This document shows, piece by piece, positions 51,782 to 64,000 of a DNA stretch of 64,000 bases. How positions within the stretch are numbered: position 1 is the stretch's first letter; each line of letters opens with the position of its first letter. The position numbers and the translations under genes are program-made. This DNA is from Nemertoderma westbladi (lineage: Eukaryota > Animalia > Xenacoelomorpha), in assembly GCA_032718475.1 (NCBI GenBank), contig JAUCBJ010008331.1, positions 55,116 to 119,115 of the forward strand, given 5' to 3'. Under the pieces are notes generated by a model, which did not search any database, was not told the DNA's origin, and saw only the letters and a program-made list of their open reading frames with translations.

Positions 51782-51862
51782 CTGAAATACTACAGTATTT
51801 GACATGTTGATGGGAAATAAGGAAAGTTGTATGGGGTTGAACCAGTGCTTCTCGCTCCAATA

Positions 51863-53652
51863 CACAGTGGGCCAGGGGTGGCCAAAATACCCTAAAATGA
51901 AGTTTGTTTTAGTGGTTTGAAACATATCCTATCTTGTAGCCCATATTTCGAAACCTAAGAAAAAATATTTTTTTTTCCGAAAATATTTGCCAATATTTTT
52001 TTCTGAGGTGAAAAATTAAAAATTTTCTATTTTTCACTCAAAATTTCAGTTTTTAGGAAAAATTGCCAAAAAAACGTATTTTTAGAGGTCCCCAGCGTTG
52101 TCTTCATGCTCCAAGTTTCATTTAAACATTTTTTTCCCAAAAATATTTCATTTTTCGTAATTAGCGAAGCCAGACTTTTCAAACTAATCCGACCGCACTG
52201 AAAAACATTATCAGACATTCAAATACAACCTTCGAACATCATAAATATGAAAAAAAAATTTGCACCTACTTGCACCCCTTCGCATAAGGAGCAATTCAAA
52301 AATTCCAGTTTTCAACATTTTTCTATTATTATTGCATACATTTAGTCTTATTAATGCGATAACACATCGAATTCCCATCACTACTCTGAATACTTTATTG
52401 ACCATGATCACGGATGGTTATAATGATACAAGTAATATCAATACAATTAAGATACATCAATACATACAACAAGTACATCATCAATGCACTTACTAATGGA
52501 ATTCTACTTCAGCTTAGTTGTTATTTGTGATCAGTGATTGGCTAAAAATTTAATCAGCTCTCTAAGCTGGAATATAAAACAAATGGCCATAGAAACCTGG
52601 TTATTTGCCTCAATGTAAAACTCTGTTGCTTACCATGATTGGCTGATATTATCATGAAAGCAAAAACCCTTGGCCCTTAGTATAAATCAACACCCTTGCA
52701 GTATGATTCATCATTCATTAGGAGCAACAATTATTCAATGTAATATGAATAAGTTATTTTATGATAAAAATCTCAAATACATTCTGCAAAATACTGTGAG
52801 ACTTATTCACTCACAAAGTTTGGTAAACAAATTGCTCATAATATTTTGTGCCATGCTAAACACATGTGCCACATGCTAAAAAGTGGCACCTAATTGCCAC
52901 TAGAGAATTCGAAACCATTTGTAATCGAATCAGCACCTTTGAAAACCTAGAAATACCGAAAATGGAACATTTCTATGAAGTTTAGAGATTTTGATATTTT
53001 GTGCCATGCTAAACACATGTGCCAAATGCTAAAAAGTGGCACCTATGTGCCACTAGAGAATTCGAAACCGTTTGTAATCGAATCAGCACCTTTGAAAACC
53101 TATAAATACCGAAAATTTAACATTTCTATGAAGCTTTAGAGATTTTAATATTTTGTGCCATGCTAAACACATGTGCCACATGCTAAAAAGTGGCACCTAT
53201 GTGCCACTAGAGAATTTGAAAACATTTGTAATCGAATCAGCACCTTTGGAAACCTATAAATACCGAAAATGGAACATTTCTATGAAGCTTTAGATATTTT
53301 GATATTTTGTGCCATGCTAAACACATGTGCCATGTGCCATGTGCCACAAGCTAAAAAGTGGCACTTCTACGCTACTAGAGAATTTGAAACCATTTGTTAG
53401 TGCTTCAGCACCCTGTTAAACCTTGTGGAACCGAAATCTGCGCCATTCTGCCTGTGTCTATTGTGTTTGCCAAGTACGCAAATTTTGGCACGTGCCAGAA
53501 ATGGCACACAGCCACCCTTTGAGAATTTGAGACCCATCTCAGAAGATTCGCCGCTATCGAAAACCCGTATAGGTGAAAAATAGTGCCCAAACTATGAATA
53601 TTTTTCGAAATAAGGAATTTTGGCCGCAAAACAGGGTTTCTGGCCCACTGTG
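51863..53652. mobile_element. Non-autonomous Transib/RAG-like transposon
   Basis: TIR CACAGTGGGCCAG at both ends and a perfect 5-bp TSD CAATA (51858-51862, 53653-53657). No transposase ORF. Confidence 0.85.
52841..53400. repeat. ~154-bp tandem repeat (~3.6 copies) inside the Transib-like element
   Basis: ATATTTTGTGCCATGCTAAACACATGTGCC starts at 52841, 52994, 53148 and 53302. Confidence 0.92.
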
Positions 53653-53712
53653 CAATATCGTGACCATTAATTGCTACATAATTTTCTATGGTAGTTTAGT
53701 CGTATTATTTAT

Positions 53713-54473
53713 TAGGGTGGTGCGTTTTTTACTTTTTTTCGATTTCGTTGTTCTACCGGTGCGCAAAAGTTGCCAAATGGTTAAAAATTAAGGCAAAAAA
53801 ATTTCTCTAAATTTCAGCGATATCTTGACGGATCCCAAGAGGGATGAAATTTTGAGCCATCGCGATGCACCATAATGAAATTTATAGCAATATAACACAT
53901 TACCTTGAGATAATTCAAAATAAAATTTTTTGAGGAAATGTCCATATCCGATTAAGGCAGTAATGTAGACTTGTGCCGGACTTCACATTTCCAGCGATAT
54001 TTCAAGAACTATTCACTCTACGTTTGTTTTGAAGGTGTCTACCCCCACTAAATCGGTCACTGCGGTTTTAATGAGTATAATATTAAGGCAGTAGGAGAAC
54101 TCAAAGTTGGCCATCACGAAAATTTAGAATTATCATCATTTGTGCCAAATGGTAGGTTCTGTCCATGTGCCTGTGGCACTAGTTCCCTTGATCCAAAAAT
54201 TAAAATTTTGGTATCTAACTAAGTTTGGACACATTTGATGACATGCATGCAGGGAGTTCTTTCTTGAGTCATAGATTTTTTCATTAATGTATAATATTGC
54301 TATAAATTTAATTATGGCGCATCGCGATGGCTCAAAATTTCAACCCTCTTGGGATCCGTGAAGATATAGACGAAATTTAAAGAATTTTTTTTGCCTTATT
54401 TTTTACCATTTGGCAACTTTTGTGCACCGGTAGAACAACCAAATCGAAAAAAAGTAAAAAACGCACCTCCCTA
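53713..54473. mobile_element. Non-autonomous hAT (hATm-like) element
   Basis: ~180-bp TIRs starting TAGGG(T/A)GGTGCGTTTTT and an 8-bp TSD TTATTTAT. Confidence 0.85.
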
Positions 54474-55600
54474 TTATTTATATAATTATTTTATTGTATT
54501 ACAATATCGAGGAGCAGCTTTATATTTTTTGTATTATTTATTTTTAATAAGATGACGAGAAGTAATATATGGCCCAATCATTGTCATAATAGCTTTATCA
54601 TAATAGGGTTGGTGCATGATAAAGTTGTTTATTTAGAACAATAACTGAATAATGGCGTAAATGACAAGGAGATACAGAGACAGTTAATTATTATAAACTT
54701 ATTTTAGTTTAGGGTAATTTGTGATCAAGCAATCTACTTTATACCTATATTGTAATAATTAGTGTTTACTTACAGATTATACCTATAAAACGACATGATT
54801 AAATCACTTATAATTTATGATTTTCCTTACACATTATGGGATTTTGTATGGTGCTTGCTTAATTAGAGAATGCATTTTGGTGGTATTCAGTAGTTGTTAC
54901 ATTTCTTGATGACATATAGAAGCATTCCAAAATCCATTGAAATTGAAATGGATCCCTACATTATGAGATGTACGAAGTTCGACATTATCTGTTCAGATAT
55001 TACCAGTGACTTGATATTTCCCTTTGTGTTGGTATCGATTACTGCAATTTTAATGTTGTTTAATTAATGTTGAAATTTAAAAATTGCGCAATTTTTATGT
55101 ATTATTGTATATATATATATTTAGTGTTAATATCTTATTAATACCTTATTTATATATTAGTGTCTCTTAGGCAGAACTTGTAGAGCCACACCAAATTAGT
55201 GTAAGTGTATAAAAATAAAACTAGAGCTATACCAAATTAAGTACAGAAGTAAATATTACGCAAATAAGGCATAAAATGCACTTAATTAATGTTAATGATA
55301 AAAATAAACATATATTATTTAGATACGGTAAAAATAAACACAGTATTAAATGTGTGCAAGACATAGATAGCCCGTTCCTCTTAGTTAGGAGGATGTATGA
55401 CTGGAAAGGTCTTGAGTCAGTATATAACAGCGAGCCGGGACAATCTGGGACAGACAAAGGATAAACATCAAAGGGATTTTTGAAAGACTCCAGTGCGCCG
55501 CCTGACCAGTCTCGTATATTTATTTGGATAGTGTTGAATAATTTTGGTTTAATAACACAAAAACTATTGGCTATGCTTGACTGTTGGATATGGCTATGCG

Positions 55601-56552
55601 CAGGACCGGATTTAGAGTTGTGGGTGGCCTGGGGCCTGGTAAGTGGTGGGGGGGGGGGGGGGGGGGGGGGGGGGTCTGGGTCTGGGCTCTACTGAATGGG
55701 GTTTGCACATACGGCGCCGAGCACTTCTATCAGACTATACTGAAAGATACATTTTCTCTCGTTTTCATTACCATATCTTTTCAATCTATTTATTGCATAT
55801 ACCTTTCAAAGAAACCTGAATGTTTTTGTAAATATATTAGTAGGGATGTGAGTCAGGAAATGTTTGGAAATTTCCGGAAATGTTATATACATTTTTCCGG
55901 AAATTTCCTATACATTTTCCGTAAATCCCCGCTGGTGGCGAATTCATTTTTTCCGCTCTATTTGCTATAGAGTTGGATCATCCTTAGTCATGTTTAATTA
56001 CTTAATAATTATCCGTAAATTTCCTATACATTTTCTGGAAATTTCCTATTTTATTAATTATTAATTTAGCACATTCTGAAAACAGATGATTCCTGCTTAA
56101 ATGTGTTTAGGTGGTTCGTTGTCTTGTCTCTTGTGGTCGTAACTACGGATGAAATATACTTTTCCGCAAATTTCCTTGAAAAACATATTTTAGGAAAACT
56201 CACATCCCTATATATTAGACGTGGAACTTAGAAACTTGAAGCATGTTCCTGTGTATATCAGTATAAAAACAAATAATCAAAAAAGGGATGAATCGAAAGT
56301 GAAAAAAAATATAATTTCATAACTATCATACAAAAATATTAACTGTTTTTAACACGAACTTTTTGTTTTTTTCTCATATATTTTGGGGAAAATAAGTGGC
56401 AAAATTCAAAATTGCCTGTTCGGTTTCAATTCAATTCTGGTTCGGCTCGGCTATATTTCGGTCGATCCCTATAGTTGTGGGATCGTGGGTGGGTGGCCTG
56501 GGGCCTTGCCCCCCCCCCCCCCCCCCCCCCCCCCGCGCTAAATACGGCCCTG
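55601..56552. mobile_element. hAT MITE
   Basis: Termini CAGGACCGGATTTAG / CTAAATACGGCCCTG; 8-bp TSD GCTATGCG/GCTATGGG. Confidence 0.8.
55841..56210. mobile_element. hAT MITE nested in the previous MITE
   Basis: TIR TAGGGATGTGAGT, perfect 8-bp TSD TATATTAG and GGAAATTTCC internal motifs. Confidence 0.88.
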
Positions 56553-57855
56553 GCTATGGGACATTGCTTGAAAGGGATGGTATGGTGTAGAGTAGACCTC
56601 TGCGGGTGTTTTTTTTCTTTAATTTTATAGGTAAATTCTGAAATATTGGGAAGTTTATTTTCGAGGATTTCCCATATTATTATATAAAACTATCAAAAAG
56701 TATTATACGTATATATATTTTATTTCTGCAGGTAATACAGAATGTATATATATATATTTTATTTTGGTTAGTTTTTCCTCTTCATTACAACTCGAATCTT
56801 TTGGGAGGTAATTAGTTCGACGTTGTGAGTCAGATGTCAGATGTCAGATGTCAACGAGATATAATATATTCCATTAAATAATTTTGGAAATTATTGGACC
56901 AACCTTATAGAATCCTTGATGTATGTGATACTTTAACATTTTTTTGTAATGTTATTTTTTCAGATAGTATTGTACATTTACCGCCATTGAAAAAAGTTAT
57001 TGCAGCACAAATTGGTTACATATGAAATAAAGTTTTGTTTATTGTTTTGGTTAGAAAATACAGAAACCACTGTAACAGCCACAAAGCCACTGAAATAGGC
57101 CCTTTTCCTTAATGTTTTGAATTAAAGAAAATTAAATTTGCAAAACCCATTAAACACAAATTTGGTGCATGAGCGTCATTTCCCGCCGTCAACTCCTATT
57201 TTTTATATAAATTGATATAAATTTGATAATATCAATTTTTAAAGATTGGAATATTCTGACCAAAAACGTGATATTTATGTATTAAATACATTTATTATGC
57301 ATATATACTTAAGCACATATTTATTTATGCACTAAATTTATATAACTATATTTCTACATTAATAATAATTTATGTACAGTAGTTTCATTGCGTATTGTTT
57401 AAAATATGGTGTATTTTAAAAATGGTATTAAATGAATTACGTAATTGAATTGAAAATCTAAACTATTTGTTTGTGAAAAGCACATCAATCGCCCATGAGT
57501 TATGATATCATATAAATTGTAAGCTATGGCTCATTGTCATTTAAAAAATTACAGAATTTTTCCTATGATGAACACATTTAACATGTTGACTATTAGAAAT
57601 ATTAATATTTACTCGAGATTTGCCAATTTTAATATTAATAATGCTCACTTAAATATCATTTTTTGTAAATATTATGGCTGGATAATGTGAAATAATGAAT
57701 TAAAGATAATCTGTTAACTGTATGTAGCCTTTCTATGACTAATATTGTTGTTTGATCCAAAATAATGAACTTTATTTTCATATTTGTAGTATGGGTATAA
57801 TTGTTTTAATATGTATTTGTATATTATTAACTACACTTGCTGTAAAGCTATTTAA

Positions 57856-59165
57856 CCTTCTATCTCCCAGTGTTCCCAATTGGGAGCATTTTTTAAAATT
57901 CAACTGGAGGAAATTTAATTTAGACTTATATAACTTTTTTTAATGTTAATATGTTTAGGAAGAGTGGAATATTGTTTTTAATTTTCAACTTCAAGTGTTT
58001 TCAAACTTCAAGTTGGTCTTTTGGCATGCCAAATTATGTGAATTCTCATTTTTTTCGATTTTTGGGACATGCAAAATATATTTGTCAAAAACGTTACAAA
58101 TTTGATATTCCAAACCAGTGGTGACATTAAAATTAGGTTTTCAAATAATATGACATTAAAAATTATGTGACAAAAAAAATTCAGAAAAACGACTATCTTG
58201 TGCCAAATTACTCCCTTTAAAAATTGATGTTCCTATTTGGAAACACCAGTGAGAAAATAGACTATCAAAAATTAGAAAATAATTTTACTCGATTTATTAC
58301 TCTAAAAAAATTATTTAAAATTGCATAACGAATATGTAGGCCCTATTTGTGTCCTGCGGTATCAAAAACGAACAGCTATTGTCCCATTTGGGAACACTAT
58401 ATGGGAACGTAATTCTGCTGTAAAGCAATATAGTAAAATTGAACCAAATACTGTTGGACTATTTGATGTAGGTAGGACGAATGCAATATGTATAGCTGAA
58501 ATAAACCTAATAAACCTTATTATGCAATTTTTTGTCCCATTTGGGAACAATTTTTGGTGTATAGTCTCGGCTCGGGACGCGAGAATATATCTAATGGAAC
58601 GCAGTAGGGCGTGTTGGCTCGGTTCAGGGCTCGAAAATAGCTCTAATGGAGCTCAGTAGGGTATTTTGGATCGGCTCGGGATGAAAGAATAGATCTAATG
58701 GAACGCAGTAGGGAGTGATGGCTCGGCTCGGGGCGCGAGAATAGATCTAATGGAGCGCAGTAGGGCGTGTTGGTGATTATTAGTTAAATATAATTTCGAC
58801 CAAAGCATCTCCCTAAAATGTTTACTAAATCAAATCAAACAAAATCCGTCACCATCGTTTACAAATTCAAATCACCCAAAAAACATCACCAGTGTTCCCA
58901 AATGGGACATTAAAAGTCTATAAAATTGGATTCTGTTTGTGGTTTTCAATGTTTTGAGACACTACTTTTTATTTTTGTTATTATATAAAATATATTGGAT
59001 TTGCTGTGCTGCCAGTGTTCAAAATGGGAAAAGGTCATTTTTGAGAAAACTAACAGGCGCAATGAAAAAAAATATTTTTACAAAGTTTAAGTTGACTCAA
59101 TTTGAAACGGTTTCTAAAATTTCAACGAATTTGCTCAGATTTAAAGAGGGTTGGGAAATAGAAGG
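57856..59165. mobile_element. Non-autonomous piggyBac element
   Basis: TTAA|CCTTCTAT(C/T)TCCCA ... TGGGAAATAGAAGG|TTAA, with recurring TCCCA(A/T)TTGGGA motifs. Confidence 0.85.
58566..58773. repeat. ~52-bp tandem repeat x4
   Basis: CTCGGCTCGGG...TCTAATGGA(A/G)CGCAGTAGGG units. Confidence 0.9.
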
Positions 59166-60020
59166 TTAAACAATGTTAGCTAATGAATAAACCATTTCCA
59201 AGAATATAGTGCATTAATTTTAATACAAATATTTATAATACCACATGAAATTCGAAATAAAAATAGTTTGGCTTCCCACCCCCTTTCTTACGAAAGGTGA
59301 GCCATAATTTTTATTCGCGAACTTTCATGAGGTACAAGCTTTGTTGGATTCCAGGACATATTATCTATTTTTAACATAATAAAAGCTCTCAATTATAAAT
59401 CATATATAGTTAACATAGGTGGGCTGATTGGGAATATTTGAATATTGGGATATTTTTGCCATGCTACTGAATATTTGGAAGATTTTCATGTGGCATTTAA
59501 TTTTCATAGTTAGCTATTTTATAGAATAATAAAGGTGTCAATTTTGATAAATTCCAAATTATTTATTATTTTATTGTATTGAATAAATTAACTAATTAAA
59601 AATTGCATTTAGTGTTACAGTTAACAATTTGCAAATAGAGTTATTACGTAATTGTAAATGCATTTCATTAATAATTGTTGTTCATAAACAAACAATGTTA
59701 AAGAATAGTTAGTGTTAGTCTTTTTTCCTTCGAGACTTAAAGCTAGGGGTGGGGGGTTTCTCGACGAGATATAAGGGATAAAAAGTTCGGGATGAAAAGT
59801 TTACAACGAAAATTCTGGGATGATTAGTTCGGGATTAATATTCAAATATTCTATAACTTTTTAATAATAACTAACATGTTAACGATTTAAAAATATAAAG
59901 ATACAATGAAACAATTACATGTATTTAAGATTCAAGGTTTTCAGTCGTAGGAACAATTCTTGTGTAAGGGAACGAACGATAGGGTTTTTGCAAAATTACC
60001 TTGTATGATACCGTGTATAT

Positions 60021-60288
60021 CATCATCTGCTGCCACTGTGCTCAACCCTAAGACGGCCTAAATTAGGCCGTCATAGGGTTGAGCACAGCGGCAGCAGATG
60101 ATGGTATTGACAGATGGGAGGCCATGAGGAGGTTAGTTGCGGACATACAAGGTATCAGATAGTATTTCCAGGTCTATCTTTTGACTGAACCGCTAGCTGA
60201 ATGGTTAGAGCGTCAGACTTCCAACCCGGAGGTCACCCGTTCGATCCCACCAGGACGACATTGCCGACTTTGATAAGCTGTGCCCAAC
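60021..60288 (+). repeat. Dispersed repeat with tRNA-like module (copy 2) and 5' foldback hairpin
   Basis: Hairpin at 60021-60103. A-box TAGCTGAATGG and B-box GTTCGATCCC at ~60188-60255. Homologous to 51036-51250. Confidence 0.65.
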
Positions 60289-60769
60289 AAAAGTTACAAT
60301 AATATGAAAACGACTCATTTACCCATAACATCAATAAAAAAAACCAGGGTATGGTATATAGTTAGACGGACGAACGGCCTCATGTATAAAATGTTTAATT
60401 GTGTTTTTAAATCATGTTTTTGGATACTTCTTATTGCTAAGCACAATCCCACAAAAATTTATTTTCTTGTAGATTAGAAGTTCCGAGTAATACTGGAAAG
60501 ATAAAATTATATATTTTTATTTAGAGTGAAAAAATCATAAATTTCGTTTGTGACAAAATTTACTGATAATAAATTTAGTGCCAAGTTGTGATTATATTGA
60601 CTTATAATTTAGAGTTTCTTTTTTTATATAGATTCATTAGTGACATCCGCAAAGATAATCATTCGTAAAATATTTGAAACATTCACATTATCAAATATAT
60701 ATTCGATTTAAATAAAGTACCAATGTATTTCACACTGGCTCGAGCGGGAAATATGAAACAAGAGCCTGA

Positions 60770-62000
60770 AAGTGAAATATAAGTAATTTATATAAATCGA
60801 ATATACAGGCATTCACAAGTAAACATTGAATTAAATGAAATCCAATCTTCTTATACCATGTGAAGCTCTTACTGCAAATATCACAAGCAACGATCATTTG
60901 ATCAGTTAGATCAACTCCTCCCATGTTCCTATTATACCTTTCAATACCCAGAGGCTTTTTGTACCCAAGTGATTCACAACCAACTAGACATCTGGTTTTA
61001 TCCACCAATTTCGCCTTGTCAACAGTAGTTATAAAGTACACCTTCCTCTTATCACAATACTTTATCACTAGAACCGATGAACCGATTATAGCAGCCTGTC
61101 TATCAATGTCGATTATCTTGTTTGTGCATCGTGTCTTGCTTGTAAAAAAATAGGTTTAGGTTTTTTGCTTAGGTTTTTTAAAAAAACCTAAAGGTTTTCT
61201 TAGGTTTTTTTAAGGTTTTTTATTATATAGATAGATATATCTGTCTGTATGTATAGGCCTATTTATACTGCATACTGTAATATTTAATAGACCACTATCA
61301 GTGTCTGAGTATCACCCTATTTTTGAGATAAAATTAATTTGATAGCGTTGAGCTGTTGAGGGTTGGAAGTTGGCATATAAGCGTTACAAGTTGATGTTTG
61401 GGAGGTTAAAATGTTGTTATTTTTAATGCTGACAAATAGTGTTGGTTTATGCCTGTATGTTAATCAAGAAAAGATCTTGCTAAATTCTGAAATTGCCACC
61501 ATTTTAATGTAAATTAACTAGAAATACCTAAAAAACCTTTTTTTGATGAAATTTTCTAAAGTAGGTGATTTAAAAACCCTAAAAAAACCTAGGCGCTAAA
61601 GAACCTACTTTGCCAGCCCTGGTTAAGAGTTCTATTAGCGAATCGGTTATAAAAACGTCAACGTAATCGTTCATTTGAAAATTTGTGGAGTCGACAAGTA
61701 ATCCAGGGTTTAGCTTAAAATTTGGAGAACAATCCAAACTATCGTCATTACCCACTGTAACTTCGATCCAAGTATCAGTGTTACACATAGGAACTGATCG
61801 TTGGTTGCTTGCTATACCATAACTGGTGCAATCTCGCTACCAGCATCCGATTCTTCACCTGAATCGGTCTCGATGGATCCAGAAGAATCGGGGCTGCTCG
61901 ATTCCACATCACACTCACAGCTCCGGGCTCCCGCTACTATCATATCCATATCGTCGCAATTGTTTATGTTGTCGCGTTGGATAAGTGCGTCTATCACTCA
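60770..62000 (-). pseudogene. Second piggyBac transposase remnant (N- and C-terminal pieces)
   Basis: DKRKVYFITT...KP...YNRNMGGVDLTDQ...WYKKIGFHLIQ..LVNA at 60770-61070. An acidic N-terminus and VFITDSLIELL lie at 61622-62000. The middle is replaced by another repeat. Confidence 0.8.
61140..61621. mobile_element. hAT-like MITE fragment
   Basis: Right end TTTGCCAGCCCTG (CAGGGCTGGCAAA on the minus strand) with AGGTTTTT/AAAAACCT subterminal repeats. The left TIR was not found. Confidence 0.5.
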
Positions 62001-62548
62001 TATTGTGTTACAGTTTAACGGCTTTGAAAACTACCGGAAAATACAATACAGCATTGCAGCCCATCCTACAGCTATACCGATATTGCTACTACAGCAATAA
62101 CGGTATACTGCTGTACTGTAATACCATATGCCATTCAAAAAATATGCAGTAATGTGTCCTGAATAGTACCTGATACCTACCAGACTTCCTGGCTATCCTA
62201 AATGTACATAAACAGCTATAGAAGCCATGGACTAATATAATTTAATATTTAATATATTAATTTATTTTAATTAATTATTATTTATTTAATATATTAATAA
62301 TTTAATATATAACAGAAAGAACAGAGGAATAAGGATAGACCAATTTAGAAGGATCCTCCCCGTAATAAGGTAATTTTCTTGTTTTGAAAGCAAAATTGAA
62401 AAATCGAATGCTTTACTAAGATCCAGAAAACTCTTTTATTCTCAACTGCATCAACTAAATTACTGTGAAGTAAAGATAATGATGTAACCGTTGATTTATA
62501 TTTTTGAAATCCAAATTGCTTGTTGTTAATTTATGTCTGTTTTATTAC

Positions 62549-62788
62549 AAAATTCAGTTGAATAAAAATTCAGTCCGAATAAAAATCGCCTTTTCAACCA
62601 TTTTTTTATAAAAAAAAAAAAAGGTAGTATGCTAATGAGTCGAGTAGATTAGATAAGATTAAAGATACAGGTTATCTTTAATCTTATCTAATCTACTCGA
62701 CTCATTAGCATACTACCTTTTTTTTTTATAAAAAAATGGTTGAAAAGGCGATTTTTATTCGGACTGAATTTTTATTCAACTGAATTTG
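62549..62788. repeat. Near-perfect palindrome, ~118-bp arms with a 5-nt loop
   Basis: The arms mirror around CAGGT (62668-62672) and differ only in homopolymer lengths. Confidence 0.95.
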
Positions 62789-64000
62789 AAAATAAGAATA
62801 ATGCAGCTCAGGCTGACTCATTGGTTTATTCACTATTATGTGTAATTGGTACGTTTATTAGGTGGAAACAAATTATGGAGATAACAGGATCAATTGATAT
62901 GAACTGAAAGCCTTTGACTTACTAAGACTTGGGACTATTCAATACAATAAGCAATATTTTTTGTTGTGAAAGCAATTCTACAGTAAATTATTTCTATGAT
63001 TACAACTGAGTAACAACCACCTGTGTTTACATTTCAAACCATTTTTCAAACTTTTTCCTTTCTTAATTATTCTCTGTACAAGTTGCTAGATAATAGAACC
63101 CGGAAGGGTTTAAAATATTGAAATCAATGAATCTTTTGTTCTTCATCATGAACCTCTTTATATTAAAATTAAATGTCATTGTTTTTCTGCGACAATTATT
63201 GTTTCCATAGCTTCGTGTTGGATGACAAACTACCAATTCAAATATTTATTGTTATAAGGATTAATCCAATATGTAGGTTGAACATGTACTGAGATAGTGT
63301 ACACTCCTACATTGTATACATAATTGCTTTGGTGATTCTGCTTTGCATGTTTCTGCCTCATGTAATATTGATTGACTGTGAGTGATGCCATCTGTTATTT
63401 TTAAATGTGCATAAAGCCTAAACATGACTGCGTAACACAAATTTGAAAAATAGTTTGATCCACAAATTTTAAAACAATGCGTTAAAAAATTGTACAAATA
63501 ATAACCAGTCATTTATTACACACTGTTTATGAACAACTAAATAAATCAATAATTTCGTCTGCGGCATATGCCAAGTAAATAATTTCTTTAGATCTAGGTA
63601 AGTAAGGTAGTTTTAATATGATGTTATCCATGTAAATAGTTAATTCAAAATGCAGCAATATATAAGCTGATATTTTATTAATATTCATATTGTTTTTTGA
63701 ATTACTGTGGCAATTGATATTGTATCACTAAAATGAATGTGCTATAGTAATTCTAAATAAATAAGGTTGAATATATATTATTAAGAAGTGATTGAAGTCC
63801 CAGTGGGGTATCTCAGTCTTAATATGAATATTATGATAATAGCGAATGAAAAAAATGCCATAGTTATTAAAGTATTTAAATTCGAACGTTTCGATTTAAT
63901 CAATAAATCATCATCAGCGTAGGCTAACAGACAGTAAAAATGAACAAATTAACATATTTATACTACAGTACTGTAATAGATTTAAATACAACAATATCAG

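Noticed and set aside
55626-55674. Poly-G/poly-C runs (also ~39935, 41250, 42013, 56509) as functional G-quadruplex or Gly/Pro-rich coding sequence
   Set aside because: Homopolymers of unreliable length, mostly within MITEs; no evidence of function.
60188-60258. Functional tRNA genes (also 51150-51220 and 30333-30400)
   Set aside because: A/B boxes are present but acceptor and anticodon stems do not pair properly, so they are treated as tRNA-derived repeats.

Overview
AT-rich eukaryotic (animal, probably invertebrate) genomic DNA with no prokaryotic features. The one clearly intact host gene is SZT2 (KICSTOR scaffold) on the minus strand. Its ~3525-aa CDS lies in only two coding exons (970 bp and 9.6 kb), joined by one phase-1 GT-AG intron that holds a minisatellite. 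The remaining ~50 kb is a nested transposon landscape. It includes a full-length Gypsy-like LTR element with CG..CG termini and a 3-bp TSD (Troyka-type), a Neptune-type Penelope element with an inverted pLTR and minimal hammerhead ribozymes, and Academ, Sola2, hAT, piggyBac, Crypton-like, KDZ/HMGXB3-like and RTE/CR1-like remnants plus tRNA-derived repeats. A non-autonomous Transib-like element has RSS-like ends (CACAGTG heptamer plus a nonamer-like box at 12 vs 22 bp). Scattered exons of a rhodopsin-family GPCR lie among the transposons on the plus strand. All calls come from manual reading; family names come from recognised motifs and terminal signatures, not database searches.
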